DNA of 40,441 nt, from the NCBI GenBank assembly GCA_910577065.1, contig CAJTLD010000009.1, forward strand, positions 1-40,441, written 5' to 3'. Under the pieces are notes generated by a model. That model was not told the DNA's origin. It saw nothing but the letters and a program-made list of their open reading frames with translations, and searched no databases. Below, piece by piece: positions 38,364 to 40,441 of the stretch; the stretch's first letter is position 1, and the number at the start of each line of letters is the position of its first letter. This DNA is from an uncultured Lachnospiraceae bacterium. Lineage in GTDB: Bacteria; Bacillota; Clostridia; Lachnospirales; Lachnospiraceae. Both the position numbers and the translations under genes were made by a program.

Positions 38364-39806
38364 TTAATATGCCTTCCCCCAATACACCAGCTTATGCGCC
38401 GGTTTCCCGCAGCATACGCAGGCGTCGGATATCCGTTCTTTATCTGTAAACGGCATACAGCGCGAAGTCGCTGCAAATTCTTCTTTTAACTTATCTTCAC
38501 ACGCCTGCTCCCCGCACCACATACCGCGTATAAAGCCGGGCTTATTGGTGATAATATCGGCAAATTCTTCGTAATTATGCGCGTCAAAAATGTGCGCGTC
38601 CCTGTGCGCTTTGGCGCGTTCAAACATATCCGTCTGGATCCTGCCCAAAAGAGCCTTTGCCTGCGTCTCCACATCCGCGTCTGCCGTTACGGCCTTTTCC
38701 CTGGTGTCGCGCCGCACCATGACGCACTGGCCGGCTTCCATATCCTTAGGCCCGATTTCAATCCGAATCGGGATGCCGCGCATCTCCTGTTCTGAAAATT
38801 TCCAGCCGGGGCTTTTTTCGGAATCGTCCAGCTTCACACGGACGCCTGCAGCCGCTAAGCGTTCTTTTAACTCGTTTGCTTTTTGCAGGACGCCTTCTTT
38901 GTGCTGCTGAATCGGGATTACCATAACCTGTACCGGGGCAATTGCAGGCGGCAGCACCAGGCCGGAATCGTCGCCGTGCACCATAATAATTGCGCCTATA
39001 ATCCGGGTGGACATGCCCCAGGAGGTCTGGTGGACGTATTGTAATTTATTTTCCTTATCTGTATACTGGATGCCAAACGCCTGTGCAAAGCCGTCGCCGA
39101 AGTTGTGGCTCGTGCCGGACTGCAGCGCTTTGCCGTCGTGCATCAAGGCCTCGATCGTGTATGTGGCGTTTGCCCCGGCAAATTTTTCCTTTTCCGTTTT
39201 CCTGCCGCGTACAACGGGGATTGCAAGGACTTCTTCACAGAAATCGGCATAGACGTTTAACATCCGCACCGTACGCTCTTCGGCCTCTTCTTCGGTCGCA
39301 TGCGCCGTATGCCCCTCCTGCCACAAAAATTCCCTGGAGCGCAAAAACGGCCTAGTTTCTTTTTCCCATCTTACAACGGAACACCACTGGTTATATACCC
39401 TGGGCAGATCCCGGTAAGACTGGATATCGTTTTTATAAAAATCACAGAACAGCGTTTCAGACGTCGGGCGGACGCAGATTCTCTCCTGCAGCGGGTTCGA
39501 GCCGCCGTGGGTAACCCAGGCCGCCTCCGGCGCAAAGCCTTCTACGTGGTCTTTTTCAATGTTTAACAGGCCTTCCGGGATAAACATCGGCATATATACG
39601 TTTTCTACGCCGGTTTCTTTAAACCTGCGATCCAGTTCCTGCTGGATATTTTCCCAGATAGCATATCCCGCGGGCTTGATGATCATGCAGCCTTTTACGG
39701 AAGAATAGTCGGTCAACTCTGCTTTTTTTACAACGTCGGTATACCATTGGGCGAAGTCTTCGTCCATGGATGTGATAGCTTCCACTAATTTCTTTTCTTT
39801 TGGCAT
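38364..39806 (-). CDS. proS: Proline--tRNA ligase (archaeal/eukaryotic type)
   Basis: [28 protein letters not shown]-terminal GKAY. Confidence 0.98.
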   Translation of the reverse strand: MPKEKKLVEAITSMDEDFAQWYTDVVKKAELTDYSSVKGCMIIKPAGYAIWENIQQELDRRFKETGVENVYMPMFIPEGLLNIEKDHVEGFAPEAAWVTHGGSNPLQERICVRPTSETLFCDFYKNDIQSYRDLPRVYNQWCSVVRWEKETRPFLRSREFLWQEGHTAHATEEEAEERTVRMLNVYADFCEEVLAIPVVRGRKTEKEKFAGANATYTIEALMHDGKALQSGTSHNFGDGFAQAFGIQYTDKENKLQYVHQTSWGMSTRIIGAIIMVHGDDSGLVLPPAIAPVQVMVIPIQQHKEGVLQKANELKERLAAAGVRVKLDDSEKSPGWKFSEQEMRGIPIRIEIGPKDMEAGQCVMVRRDTREKAVTADADVETQAKALLGRIQTDMFERAKAHRDAHIFDAHNYEEFADIITNKPGFIRGMWCGEQACEDKLKEEFAATSRCMPFTDKERISDACVCCGKPAHKLVYWGKAY

Positions 39807-40091
39807 GGTTTCTTTCCTTTCTGGTTTTAAAATATATCGTCGGGATTTGCACCGCAGCGCGGCCGGTTCAAACCGAACCGTCCAAAGTTTTTACAAATCC
39901 TTTTTGTCGTTTTGACATTTATTTTAGACTGCATGGTTTTGGTTTGTCAAGGGGAAACGCCGTACATTTTTTCAAAATAAGTTGTATTTTCCGCTGTTTT
40001 ACGCTATATTACAAATATAGAAAAAACAGCCGCTGCACGCAGCAGACAAATCGGCGCAATGCAGACAGCGGTGGAAAGGACGGTTTACGCT

Positions 40092-40388
40092 ATGAAAAAA
40101 TATATCCGAAATGCATTTGAAGTGGAAGCGATTGCTTATGAAACGGGAAAAGGGATGGAAGACGGCTTTATGCCCTGGAATTCGGTCGTGACGACGGGAT
40201 GGATCCAGACGGAAAACCTGATTCAAATCACGCGGGACGACGGTACGGTAGTCTGCCCGTTTATCCAGAACCGCAGAGGTCTGATTTTTTTAAGAGAAGG
40301 CGATTACATTATAACGGAACAGGATATGGAACGGCACGCCTGCGGCGGGGATAAGTTTTTTGACCGGTATCATCCGATTGAGGGATAG
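40092..40388 (+). CDS. Hypothetical protein (PGDYG-like motif)
   Basis: GAAAGGA RBS; EVEAI...REGDYII...HAC...F...Y pattern. Confidence 0.65.
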   Translation: MKKYIRNAFEVEAIAYETGKGMEDGFMPWNSVVTTGWIQTENLIQITRDDGTVVCPFIQNRRGLIFLREGDYIITEQDMERHACGGDKFFDRYHPIEG

Positions 40389-40441
40389 CGGGAGTATTTG
40401 TTACATTATATTAAGCAACGGTAGCCAGAGGGCGGGCGCTG

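Noticed and set aside
39807..39950. T-box upstream of proS
   Set aside because: Leader is only ~110 nt after TTGACA-18-TAAAAT, with no T-box consensus or terminator.
1..40441. CRISPR array; the many short antisense or overlapping ORFs in the track
   Set aside because: No regularly spaced repeat-spacer array seen. The short ORFs are shadow frames of well-supported genes without RBS or motifs.

Overview
Firmicute (Lachnospiraceae-like, spore-forming) chromosome segment in two parts. (1) 1-~9790: right end of a tyrosine-integrase element inserted at the 3' end of guaA and running off the left edge. It carries a repressor/xis/int switch, a MobC-like gene, a tnpV remnant and an oriT-like site but no visible relaxase. 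Its AT-rich cargo is a homopolymer-frameshifted Type IIG-like R-M gene, a Cys-rich SAM methyltransferase, a DUF1016 remnant and three consecutive pairs of duplicated, decaying small genes. A ~160-nt four-way-junction structure (candidate ncRNA) sits between the repressor and the att site. (2) ~9778-40441: backbone, almost all on the minus strand: guaA, a GPH sugar transporter, spoIIID, three surface-protein genes (BspA-like LRR protein, a putative cohesin/FN3 anchor, a dockerin-bearing M60 peptidase), tRNA-Leu/Tyr, GH13, ftsH-hpt-tilS-spoIIE-divIC-yabQPO-hup, pgm, an Asn-rich lipoprotein, cotS-like, cca, proS. Best leads: a translationally coupled dockerin-M60 mucin protease plus putative cohesin anchor pair, the structured RNA next to att, and a C-rich candidate sRNA downstream of ftsH. 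All family assignments are by eye from motifs; no searches were run.
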